A stretch of DNA of 64,000 bases from Macrostomum hystrix (lineage: Eukaryota; Animalia; Platyhelminthes), in contig CATNEN010000032.1 of the NCBI GenBank assembly GCA_950097015.1, positions 682,001 to 746,000 of the forward strand. The letters run 5' to 3'. Under the pieces are notes generated by a model. The model had not been told where the DNA came from. It did no database searches and was given only the letters and a program-made list of their open reading frames with translations. How positions within the stretch are numbered: the first letter of the stretch is position 1; each line of letters begins with the position of its first letter. Below are positions 11,771-24,100 of this stretch, in pieces. The position numbers and the translations under genes are program-made.

Positions 11771-12397
11771 TCTCCATCAGTGCGTTCAGTTATATGGCAG
11801 TCTTCTTTGTACCCAATATCTCAATTCTCATGGATAAGAAACCCTTCCAGAAGCAAGGTTTAGAATTTAGAGAGAAATAATTTCAAAGGAAGCAGCGGTG
11901 ATACAACGGCATAGTTTACATTCATACTGAATCAATAGCAAAAGGAGAAAAATTTTACAATCAGAAAACGCCAAATGTGCTTTTGCAATTTGTCTATATT
12001 TAGTTATCCAAAAAGACAACAGAAGTTGAACTTTATTACTCACGAATCAGCGCCATCTGCTAGTAACTAGACAAACAGAAAGTGAGTAAACTGATACAAT
12101 GACACGAATTGTTGTTTAACCAAATATAGAATTTCATACTCGTAAAACTGATAAGCTCAAAGCTTATGCAGCTAGAATAGATTTTTAGACCGGTCTTATA
12201 CAGCAATTGTGATTTACATGACGCATGAAATGGGTATTCCTTATTACTATTTCTACTACTCACGGTGACCAGTTGCACCAGTAGTACTTAAAGCATTCAG
12301 TCTGTCTAACCTCCGCCACAAACTTGAAGCTGCAATCCCTGCATCCACTCGGGTAGTTTTTATGCTTTCCAAACTCGGCTTAGCAAATCTGTCCGAG

Positions 12398-14198
12398 TCA
12401 CTTTCTGTTAGCCGACAGTCGCACCTTCTTCAACGGCTTGACTGAGCCGCTGCCGCCTCCGTCTTGCCCGGAGCCGGGGGCACTCGACGCTGTGGTATTG
12501 GCAGCCGCGGCGGCTTCCCTCTGCGCCAGGGCCTTGGTTCGCTCGGCTTCGACCCGCTCCTCAACCTGGCGCCTGGCCAGCTGGGTGGCGGAGTGCCGCG
12601 CCTCAGCTGTCTCCATCTCGGCGCAGACCAGGCCGAGCGACTGCCGGCAGGCCTCTGACCAGGCCTCCAGCGCCTCCATCAGGTGGGGCAGCTCCTCCGG
12701 TGGTACATCGCGACCCATGCAGCTGTACACCTGCAGATTGATTCACAACAGCCATTCAAAAATAGCCCTGCCTCGCCCCTGGGCCTCACTGCAGCCTGAA
12801 ACTGAGCCTCATTACAGCCTGAAACTGAGCTTCACTGCAGCCTGAAACTGAGCCTCATTACAGCCTGAAACTGAGCCTCATTACAGCCTGAAACTGAGCT
12901 TCACTGCAGCCTGAAACTGAGCCTCATTACAGCCTGAAACTGGGCCTCACTGCAGCCTGAAACTGAGCATCATTACAGCCTGAAACTGGGCCTCACTGCA
13001 GCCTGAAACTGAGCCTCATTACAGCCTGAAACTGAGCTTCACTGCAGCCTGAAACTGAGCCTCATTACAGCCTGAAACTGAGCCTCATTACAGCCTGAAA
13101 CTGAGCTTCACTGCAGCCTGAAACTGAGCCTCATTACAGCCTGAAACTGGGCCTCACTGCAGCCTGAAACTGAGCATCATTACAGCCTGAAACTGGGCCT
13201 CACTGCAGCCTGAAACTGAGCATCATTACAGCCTGAAACTGGGCCTCACTGCAGCCTGAAACTGAGCCTCATTACAGCCTGAAACTGAGCTTCACTGCAG
13301 CCTGAAACTGAGCCTCATTACAGCCTGAAACTGAGCCTCATTACAGCCTGAAACTGAGCTTCACTGCAGCCTGAAACTGAGCCTCATTACAGCCTGAAAC
13401 TGAGCCTCACTGCAGCCTGAAACTGAGATCATTACAGCCTGAAACTGGGCCTCACTGCAGCCTGAAACTGGGCCTCATTACAGCCTGAAACTGGGCCTCA
13501 CTGCAGCCTGAAACTGAGCATCATTACAGCCTGAAACTGGGCCTCACTGCAGCCTGAAACTGAGCATCATTACAGCCTGAAACTGGGCCTCACTGCAGCC
13601 TGAAACTGAGCATCATTACAGCCTGAAACTGGGCCTCACTGCAGCCTGAAACTGAGCATCATTACAGCCTGAAACTGGGCCTCACTGCAGCCTGAAACTG
13701 AGCATCATTACAGCCTGAAACTGGGCCTCACTGCAGCCTGAAACTGAGCATCATTACAGCCTGAAACTGGGCCTCACTGCAGCCTGAAACTGAGCATCAT
13801 TACAGCCTGAAACTGGGCCTCACTGCAGCCTGAAACGGCTTCACAACGGTTGCTGAGTTGCAATACCTGCAGGCTTTGGTCGCGCTGATCCAGCTTGCCC
13901 TGCAGCAGGCCCATGGTAATCATCTCAGCTAGCAGAGACTCCAGCTCGGGCACATTGTCCAAACCCAGGCTGACAAGTAGGCTAGTGTAGGCCAGGCAGC
14001 GCTGGGTGCGGGCTGCCTGGACCACGCTGAGGCGGCGCAGCTTGCGCAGCTGGCGCGGACTGAGCGTGGCGCCGGCCGAAGCGAAATCGGCGTAGGTGCC
14101 GTAGGCGAACAGGCGGAGCAGCTGGTGAGCGGCGGGCGCCTCCGACTCCAGGCAGGCCAGCCTGTGATCGCTGAGCAGCTCGCCGAATACGTGAACCT
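12398..14198 (-). CDS. COPS7: COP9 signalosome subunit 7 (PCI domain), 5'-incomplete
   Basis: Exons 14198-13867 and 12730-12398 joined by a phase-0 GT-AG intron. VHVFGELL, LLRLFAYGTYADF, KLRRLSVV, GKLDQRDQSLQV|YSCMGRDV and L.AWSEAC match CSN7. The exon for the first ~35 aa was not found. Confidence 0.88.
12781..13836. repeat. 23-bp minisatellite filling the CSN7 intron (gcctgaaactg[a/g]gcctca[t/c]t[a/g]ca)n
   Basis: About 46 units, two alternating variants. Confidence 0.95.
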
Positions 14199-15750
14199 CT
14201 GCATTGCACCGGAAGGGAATTCCAACAGTTAGATAAGAAAGCGAATTATTTAATCATCAAGGTAAAAACTTTGAGATTATGAAGGACTTCAACGAAAAAA
14301 ATGTTTAGGATAAGAGCGGATTGGACAAAATTTTATAGCTTAACAGTAGAAGGACCACGGGGGTATTACAGATACCCACATTTATAGTTTTTCTGTATCT
14401 CCAAAAATATTCGACCAATCGACATGAAGATTCTCAAACCATTTCCGCTCTATTTATTTAATGAAGCAACTTGCAGAATCACAAAACATTGGCATCGCTG
14501 AGATTTTGATTCCCGTCGGGTGTCTGGTGGCAAAAACCACAAATATAGGCATAATTTTTCTGCGCACAGAATTTCATCATGTAACCATGCTGGCTATTAT
14601 TGTTTACTATTATTTATTATTATTGATCCATATGACGGACTTTCACGAAAATCGGTCATTCAGCTTGGGAGCCATCGTGAAGTAGGCAGTGGGTATTTGA
14701 AAATTAGCATGGTCTTTCACTGTTAATTTGCAAGATCAAAACTAATAGAACTAGATTAAGATTGCACATCAATACAACGATACTGACAATCTATTACATT
14801 TAAATAGGCAAACAAATTAAGTACAGCAATAGTGAAGTGCATGGACTTGCAGCTGTCAGATTTTTTATCAACTTTGCTGAACATTATGTCTAATTGCTTG
14901 CAGAAATAATTTTGCTATTTTTCCAAAAGGAAAGTTCTTGGCCAAGTTATTAAGACTGTTAAGAAGGATGGGTGGTCTCAATGTGCTAGGAATGTGGGCC
15001 TTACTGGTAAATTGAAACATAATTGATAATATTATCTGCCAATGCCAATGCACACAGCCCTACTGCATTAAATTATTCTTCTGACTTCATAGTTCATGGA
15101 TCTGCTGTAAATTTCCCTCCCTTTATATGTTTTTATGGATCCATCTTTGCAATGGATGACTAGCAACAAGCAACCAAGATTCAATTATTCTATTGAATCT
15201 CAGACTGTTCTATATAGTATTATCTTTAATTAAAATCTTAAAAAATTAAAAAAACTTTTCTATAAAAAAAGCTGCTTGGGGCCTAATATTTTTACATACA
15301 TTTTATCATATAGGAGAGCATAATCAAATTATTAAATATTTACCCCTAAATTAGGCTCATAAGCTTTCTCCTCAAAAGCACATCAGTACTGAACCACAAA
15401 AGCATCAAGGTAACACATATATAGCTGGTCTGTTCATTCATATTTTAAAAGATTATGAACAGATACTTTAAAATCAGAATCAATTTAAATCAGGTTTCAT
15501 CCTTGTTTAATATGTAAGTGAGAATTTTTTGTTGAAATGAAATACAGCACCTTGTTTTCTGTTGTTTACTTCTTTTGGTCCTGTACATCTAGCTAGTGAA
15601 ATCAAATATAAGTGCCACCAAGGATAGACATATGACATGCATGTGACATGTGCTATTTTCCATTTCATTTTAGCCATCATCCTCTAGTGAAACCTTCCAA
15701 TAGCTATATTTTGGAATATTGGTATATCTAGAGATGACACACTGGGCCAT

Positions 15751-16330
15751 GGGCCAGGATTGAATTCTTGTATTTCTTAAGTCAAATGGAATTATGCGAT
15801 TTTTTATGGCGCGCAAAATATTTTTTATTGGTCACATTTTTTTGGTACTTGGCACATCGCAAAATTTGGTAAAAACAAGTTTTTTATCACGTATAGCAAT
15901 AAAGTTTAAAAACGTGAAGCAAAATTCCACAACTACATGTAATAGTGTAATGTGTATGTTCATCTAAAAAAGTAATCAATAAGACAATAACAAAAATGCA
16001 TTCTAAGAAAATGTAGTGATTAGAATTTTTATCCAAATACGTATGTTAGAGAATGTTACAAGTTTCTACTTTTTATAGAATTTTTTCGAATTTTACTTTT
16101 GTGCCTTATTTAGTTTTTACTTTTTATTCTTTTTTACTTCGTAATCTTAGCTAGTAGGATTATCTTTTGAAAAATCCAATATCTCAAGCGCACTTTTGCA
16201 TATATTAAGAATTAGCAATTTGTCTGAAATTCTGCAATGCATTTTTCCAGATTTTTTGATGCAAAATCACATTTTTTTGCGCAATTGCATAACACATTGT
16301 GATTTTTCTGCAAGAATTCCATCCAGGGCC
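15751..16330. mobile_element. Non-autonomous DNA transposon (MITE), GG termini, AT TSD (ISL2EU/Harbinger-like)
   Basis: Left gggccaggattgaattcttg versus reverse complement of right end ggccctggatggaattcttg (17/20). AT flanks both ends. Confidence 0.55.
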
Positions 16331-16476
16331 ATGGGGATTGACTAGTCCACATTGCTTGACAACCTTATCCAGTATTGTGACTTACTGAACATAAGCAATG
16401 ATTCACATGGGCCTTCTAACAGCCAGGTGTGGGTTGACAACACCAACAGTAATAGATGAAGTGCTGAGGACTGAGC

Positions 16477-17810
16477 GGCAATGTTGAGGTTTCCTTTGCG
16501 ATATTATTTTTCAAATGGATTTGAATTTGCGCATCCACAGAGATGTTTAATATGACGTGGCAAGTGCCATAGAATGAAGCTGACATGGCTGAGTGAGCTT
16601 TTAGTATATAAGGGAGGGACGTATTTTTTTCAGCCTGTATCTACTTTTTAAGCGATTAAGAATATTTTTGACTGCATACAGATAATGGCTGATCGACCTG
16701 TGGCACCATCATGGATAATGCCACCAGCTCAACTTAGGAATTCTACAGAGCTATTGGATCTGATGATGTCTGACTTTACCATTCGCGATATGGTGACAGC
16801 AACCCAGGACACCTGGAGCTGCATCCAGTGGCTGACAAGATACCACCTCCTAGCCAACTTGGCAACCTGCGGTCGCTGTGCCATCGACATGCATTTACAG
16901 CGTGGTCAAGGCAATGACTGGATGGATGGCTATGCCTGGGACTGCCACCAATGCCGCCACCAACATTCAATCTGGAAGGGATCCTTCTTTGAAGGTTCAC
17001 ACCTTCCTCTGGCTAAGATTGTCAAAATTACGTACTACTGGGCCCTGCAACACAAAACACGTGATGCCATGCAGCAATGCAATATTGGCAGCAATGCGAT
17101 CGTTGACTGGCACCAGTTTCTCAGACATTTGCCAGCAGTACCTTGTGGATCATCCAATTCAGCTTGGCAGATCGGGTATTGATGTAGAGATCAATGAGTC
17201 AAAGTTCATGCACCGCAAGTACCACTGGGGTGCCTGGCGCGGTGCCATTGGGTCCTTGGGATGGTCGAGCGTCAGACAAAGAAGTGCATGATGGTAATTG
17301 TTGCAGACCGGTCCGCTGCTACCCTGATGCCAATCATCCAGTGGCATGTCCTACCTGGCAGCCGCATCCTCACAGATGGCTGGCTTGTATACACTGGCCT
17401 GGCAAACCATGCTGTTGTCAATCATCGGCTGCACTTTGTTGACCCACAGGACAGTACAGTGCACACAAACACCATTGAGGGGACCTGGGCCCATGCAAAG
17501 GCGAAGTTCAGGTCCATGCACAGAACCTCGGCCGGACTCTTCGAAAGCCACCTAGAGGAATTTATCTGGCGCCACCTGTACCCGGCCAATGCTTTTGGAG
17601 CTGTACTGTACTGGGTGTCACACTACTACCCGCTGTGACTTCTCTGTGTCTGTCTCTGTCTCTGTGAACTAAAACTGCCCTGAACTGTTTATCGTTATCG
17701 TTGTTTATCATTGTTTATCGTTGATATTATGTCATATTAATCATCTCCGTGGATATGCAAATTCAAATCCATTTGAAAAATAATATCGCAAAGGAAACCT
17801 CAACATTGCC
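16477..17810 (+). mobile_element. Merlin (IS1595/ISXO2-like DDE) DNA transposon, 1334 bp
   Basis: ~80-bp TIRs starting GGCAATGTTGAGGTTTCC. 8-bp TSD gactgagc/aactgagc (1 mismatch). Internal transposase. Confidence 0.93.
16685..17638 (+). pseudogene. Merlin transposase with two frameshifts
   Basis: CxxC zinc motifs, SI..GSFF..S.L, VEINESKF (catalytic D read as N), GMVER, I.TDGW..Y, VNH..HFVDP...VHTNTIEGTW, FESHLEEF spread over three frames. Confidence 0.9.
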
Positions 17811-20339
17811 AACTGAGCCTATAGCATGCAGTATTCAATAATCTGTAGTGTGCCTTAAGCCTATATATAGTCTGTCTGCCTACATGTAGCCCATTCAGGC
17901 ACCTGCAGTATATGGTTCACAGAAACAGTATAATTGCCAATTGCAGGCACATTACTGCCCAAATCTACAAGCAAAATGACTGCAGGCTGACAGTCACTAT
18001 TGCCATTGGCCAATAACCCTTGAGGCTAATAAAAAATTGCTATAAAAGAGTGCAGGAGGGTAGGCAAGCAATAGCACATTCCACTGTATGATCTGAGTAC
18101 TGTTTGCAAGAAACATTGAAATGTCTTCCACAGTATTGTTGCTATTGCTGATATCCACATAAACATTGTTATCATTAAGGCTCACTATTGAAGAGAAAGG
18201 CTAAGATAGGGATGATAGGGTACAGGAGAAAGCCCGTTTTTGTTATAGCATAGACCACATTATTAAAAAAGATTTTTTTCTGATGGTTACATGATTGACA
18301 AAAATAGGCCTACAGAATCAAGCCAACTTTTAAATGAAAACCCATTAATTACAAGTCAATAATTAGATTTTCAAAGTAAATGAACAGTAATATTTCTACA
18401 TTTTTAGGTTTATGTGGATCAATTATTTAAAGTAAGAGAAAAATGTCAATAGAACATGAATATTTCAAGACAATATGAATCTATCGATATAGATTTCTAT
18501 AATGACTGCAGAATACATACCTTCATCTGCTGTTACATCATTAATCAAATTAACTTTGTCTTGTATACTGACAGCATGATCAAGCTTTTTAACATAGTCA
18601 TCAATAGACATCATTAAACTAATTTAAATTGCGATTCTTCAAATAGCAAGTAAACAGCAATGAAATCCGGACAATCAGGGGCCTTGGGGCCAACAATATA
18701 ATATGATTTGGAATGATGATAAGGTGTTGTAAAGAGCTAGAACTACGCGATTACAGTTCAGAAATTCTAGTTGAGGCTATCTCCTCTCCAGCCAAATTGA
18801 AAAAGTGCTTAAAATGCCGTTACTATAAAAAATAATACACGAAACCTTCAGTGTATGATGGAGAGTATGTGCGTGCTTGAGGGTTTTTTCAACACGACGG
18901 CGCTAGTCCAAGTTTAAAATCACATTCCAAGAAAGCACATTGTAGTGTCCGAATTACAAGTTCGTTATCAATATCGGAAACAACTTAGACTTTAAGAGAG
19001 GAAACTGAGGTGTTGAGCAGTAGCTTAAATGTTTCTTAATTTTATAGCGAGAAATTCAAGAACACAGGACCAGCAGCCATTAGCTAAGATAAACAAATTC
19101 TTTAGACAGTACGAAATTGCCCATGCGCTGTAGTTATTCATACAAATCTTTGTTTTCGTTGTAAATTTGCCTTTTAAGTTTTTGGCTTTTAGCTGGCATG
19201 CATATCTCTTTTATGAGATTAAAACGAAAATTAGACAGCAGAATAACCGCAGAAAGCTAGCAGCCGCTGCAGAGTAAAAATTTGGAAACTGCTGACTTGT
19301 TTCCTTGTGTGATTAATAAGAGGCTGTTTAAGTACAGCAGCACGTGAGTGTGCTACATAAGGTTTGCTGGACTTGTTGACGCGTTTTTACGAGCACATAG
19401 TCGTAGGGCTACTTGCTGCGAACATTTGCTGAATGCACGAATGCACGAGATAGCACTCTGCTCGTTTTCCCATGCGCTACAAAAGACTGCAGTTTTTACT
19501 AAATTTTATTAAACAGCTGGAATATCACAATGGGTCAATGATATGGACAGGTCGCAGTTGGTCTGTTGGTCAAACAAATGAAAAAAGAAGAAGACAGAAG
19601 TCCGTATAAAGAAATTATTTTCAGAAAATAAGCATAGCCAAGCAGAGAAAACAATTTGCTAACTTTTTGTTCATTTTATTTCTGAATAGATGAATACAAA
19701 AAGTAAACGGACAATTCTTATTGAACTTGCACTAATGCACTTCAAACAAAAATCGGTAATTCTGCATCAGTGAAGCTAGTCATTCACATTTTATTTTGTC
19801 ACGTGACAGCCTTTAGAAAAATACATATTATAGATAAACAAACTAGCTTAGAATGTAGCTAAATATAGTAATCTAATAAGAAAATACAGCTAAAACTAGA
19901 AAGATGTAAGGCAATTTTTTAATCAATTCTTTTAACCTGATCGAAGCCAAAAGCGTCTACGAAAAACAAGCGATTTACTAGCTCTGATCAAAAGGTCGCG
20001 GCCAAGAAGTACAAGAGAGATTAGATTCGCACTAGGCTTGCTGGTAACCAATCAGATAAAGCCTGTTATTAATCGCACAAGGAAACCTATATGGCGATGC
20101 TATTTGTTCGCGTGTCAATGGCGGTTTCACCGGCTTATAAACTATCAAAAAACATAGCGCAAGCAATGATAATGTAAGTATTTATAGCAAGATAAAATTA
20201 CACTGCAAGGTACGAGTGATAAATAAAATTAGAAAGCGTCGACAAAAGTCACCACAATATTTGAGGCGCCTTTGTTGTACTCGTAATTCGTAAATTGTGC
20301 ATTATTATTCAACTGACTAATCTAGAACTTCCAAGATCA

Positions 20340-21050
20340 GTACACTAACTGGCACACTTTTTTATAAACACAGTTGAGAATATGTTTTAGGACCCAAAAC
20401 TGCGCGCGAATAAATAACAGATTGGAAGGAATGTTGCACAAGGGAACAACAGTGACAGGCTTACTAACCGTTTGAATGCCTGCCGGTGAGTTAATCCAAA
20501 TCTAAGGCCGGTAGATGATAACAATCGTTTAAAAAACCTCAGATTTGTAGGAAGGAAAAACATAGTTAGTAATGAAGTATGCATATAATTTATTTTACTA
20601 TACACAGCATTATCTATAAGGCAACAGCTTTTAAAGGCTAGAAGCGAGGAAAACAACTCAGGTGGGAATTTCTTTGCACAGGTTGACAACTCAAATAAGA
20701 TAATTAGTTGCAAGTCATTAAAAAACGATTAGGAATTAGTGAAATGTGTATTAATGCACTCCGAGTTATGATTAGCACACGTAACGGGACGGCCGGCTTG
20801 AATGCATGCACCCGAATCCCTAGTATAGTAGAATTGCCAAGTAGATTTTCGAATAGAAAACTCTATGATATAAGGTAATAAGAAAGTTGATCCGTTAACA
20901 GCAGGAAGTCGACGGAGGTACTTCAAATATCCACTGCCTATTTCAGTCTTTCTACTGTCGAGCTGTTCTCTGTTATGCCATTCGAGAAATCGATCAATCA
21001 GGGATTAGTCGACTAGAAAAATCTAGCAAAAAGAGATTTATAGCAACAGA
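20340..21050 (+). mobile_element. Possible very old hAT transposase remnant
   Basis: Fragments resembling the hAT dimerisation domain (SLSTVELFS ~ SxSxERLFS, VNPNLR ~ LDPRFK) among stops. Weak. Confidence 0.3.
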
Positions 21051-21128
21051 AGATCCCAGACAGTACGAACACACCAACCGGCCTTCCAAAAACTGTCGCC
21101 CCCGCTGAAGCAAACAGTAAATTAGCAG

Positions 21129-24100
21129 CTAGAGCTGCAGCTGCAGCAGGAACATCTTCAGCTCTTTGCCTGTCTGGCCAGCTTTGGATAGAGTGTCAGG
21201 GGAGGCCAGGGCGGTGCTAATCTGCACCAGGCAGTCGTAGCACACCTGGCAGCGCTGGGCGCGGTCCTCGCGGCTGAGGTCCACACCGGGGGATAGGCCG
21301 CGGGCCGACAGGGTGTTCTTGATCAGGGAGGAGAACTGCCTCAGGACCAGCAGGGCAGCGGTGGCGCCAGTCTCCACATAGCTCGGATATTTGCTGCCGA
21401 ACAGTTCCCGGATGGCCGGCAGGAGCGCGGCGGACAGGTCCAGGGTCCATAGCGACTGGTTGGCGGTGAGCACATTCAGCAGGTCTATGAGTACAGCTGA
21501 GTCTTGAATTAGCAGTGCGCAGTCGACTGCAGTCTTGACGGTGTCCGCGGACCACATTGACCGGACTCGGCGCAGATGGCGCTCCCTGGCGCCGATGACG
21601 GACATGAAGGACTGGTGCGGGTGACGGAACTTCGCGATCAGCTCCTCGTCAGACTCCGTTGGCGTCGGCTGCTGGTCGCGACGTCCGACTGGCTCCGGCT
21701 TCTGGCAATGCGAAGAGTTTGATTATGTGGCCTGTGGATATGTAAGATAGAGACAGTGGAAGTCACGACATCCACCCTCTTTATGCTCAAGGACGTGAAT
21801 TGTCTCCATTACGCTGAGATGCAAACTCCCAACCTCCTGGTTAGAAGTCCCAGGCAAGAAGCTCCATTGTAGGGTAAACTGCATAAAAGAGAATACGATA
21901 AACATGCTGATATTTTACTGGCCACTTCAATTCCTAGTATTGAAATTCATGCATATTTTTTGTTTTATTGTTTTACTGCTCTTTAATCTTTTAATAGCAC
22001 ATTCATCAGATAATATATCTAAACAGTTTTCTATTTAACTTGTAAGCCTAATGACTTATTGTTACTGATTACTGGCGAAATAGTGTCATACATTACATCA
22101 CCAGATATCCATTAGCGTAGAATAAGTGGACTGAAAGCAAATGGGTCATTGTTATTACAGACTGTGGGTGCAAACTGTGCAAGTGCAGGTTGAGTTAGGT
22201 TTATTGATAGTTTGTGGTTTGATTTGATTTGGAGTCACAGACACCGCTCACCGGTAGGAAGTCAGACACCGAGACGGCCACGGCAGCCGCGGCGCCGCCG
22301 TTGTTGCGCGGCGTCGGAGCGACCGCGGCGGTGGCGGCTGCGCCTTCGGGGCGTCGTTCGCGATCTCTAGTTGGCGGCGGAAGTTGCTGCTGCTGCTGTT
22401 GCGGCTGCCGCGACTCTGGCTGGTGAGGTGGAGAGGCAGGAGCTGCACGCCGCTGCTGCTGCTGCTGGTGATCGCCTGTTAGGCAGTGAGAAAGCAGCTT
22501 GATTTATATTTTCTTCTAAAAGCGCAAGTGTATTTGTATTGTAAAAATTGTTCAGTTAGATGAAGCACTAACCATCAGATGAGCCTGTGGGACTGTCTTT
22601 CGTAGGCGGAGTGAATGGCTTAGCTGCGGCGGCGGCCGCGGCGGCTGCGGGCGCATGCTGGGACGACCGTGATGCCGGAGGCGACGGCGATCGGCGAAGG
22701 GTGCGCTTCGGAGCGAAGATGTCCCTGTAAGCCTCCGGATCCAGGATCTGGGCATCGCCCGGCCCGCCAGACTCGTCATCGATGGACGATGCGTTGCACA
22801 GCCCTCCTCCCGCGCCACCACCGCCTGCACCCGACTTCTTTGACGTTTTGGTCTTGGGCACCAGGCCGGAGTCCGGCTGGTTGAACGACTTCCGGCCGGA
22901 GGTGGTGGTCGGCCGGTCCCTATCCGGCGGCGACATGGCGGCGGCGCCGGCTGCGGCAGCGCCTAGCTGAGGCGGCACCGACGGCGCAACGAATGGGGCG
23001 CAGGATTTGACGTCGACGACGTAGGTCACTACACTGCTGTGAGCGTAGCCGGCACCTGACGGTTAAAAAACTCTTATTAATTAACTTCTGCATCGGATAT
23101 TTTGAATACTGCAGGCAACTATATAGTGAGACAAACGCTACAGCTGACCTCATAAACCCAACAGCAAACCTGATAAACTCAACAGCAAACCTGATAAACT
23201 CAACAGCAAACCTGATAAACTCAACAGCATTCCTGATAAACCCAACAGCTAACCTGATAAACCCAACAGCTAACCTGATAAACCCAACAGCTAACCTGAT
23301 AAACCACCCTACAGCTAGCCCCATAAGTCAAACAGCTAAACCCATAAAGCCTACAGCTAAACCCATAAACTCTACAGCTAAACCCATAAACTCTACAGCT
23401 AAACCCATAAACTCTACAGCTAAACCCATAAACCCTACAACTAAACCCATAAAATCCACAGCTAACCTCGTAATAAACACTACAGTCGGCAGGTAACTGT
23501 CAAGTTCGTCTGATAAGCCCTAAGTCTAACCAAAGAAACGCAAAATTTTAACCCGATAAATCATGAAGCACACTGATCTGGATTCAATAAATCCAGAAGC
23601 CGATCTACTTGATCGTAGCGGGCTCGTCAGCTCATTGTTACTCACCAATCAGCTGGTTATGCCGGGCTGACACCACCAAGTCGCCCAGGGTGAGCCGGCC
23701 CCAGCCGACTGGCACCGTCTCGAGCAGGCCCGTCGGCTCCACGTTGATGATCTTGAGAGTGTCGCCGCAGGAGGCGTAGACCGAATTGCCGTCAGGATTA
23801 AAGGCCAGACGTCTAGGCGGGGTCGGCATGTCCGAGTCCAGGGTAGATCCAATTAGCTGGAATAGCTCCAGGTCCAGGAAGCGAACAGTCTTGTCCTGGA
23901 AGGCGGCCGCCATCAGCAGTACGCTGGGATGAAAGCTCAGGTCTGTGGCACCGGCGCCTAAATCGGCGAACTCGGCTTGAATCTTGCCGGCTTCGAGGTC
24001 CCAGATCTGGGAATGGGGTTGGCGATAATAACACGCTTTCGTGCTCAAAATGCATCACTTAAATAAGCAGCGCTCACCTTTATAACGGAGTCCTGGCCGG

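Noticed and set aside
16685-17638. Bacterial IS1595 contamination or recent HGT
   Set aside because: Merlin is the established eukaryotic branch of this family, and the element is integrated with a TSD among spliced animal genes.
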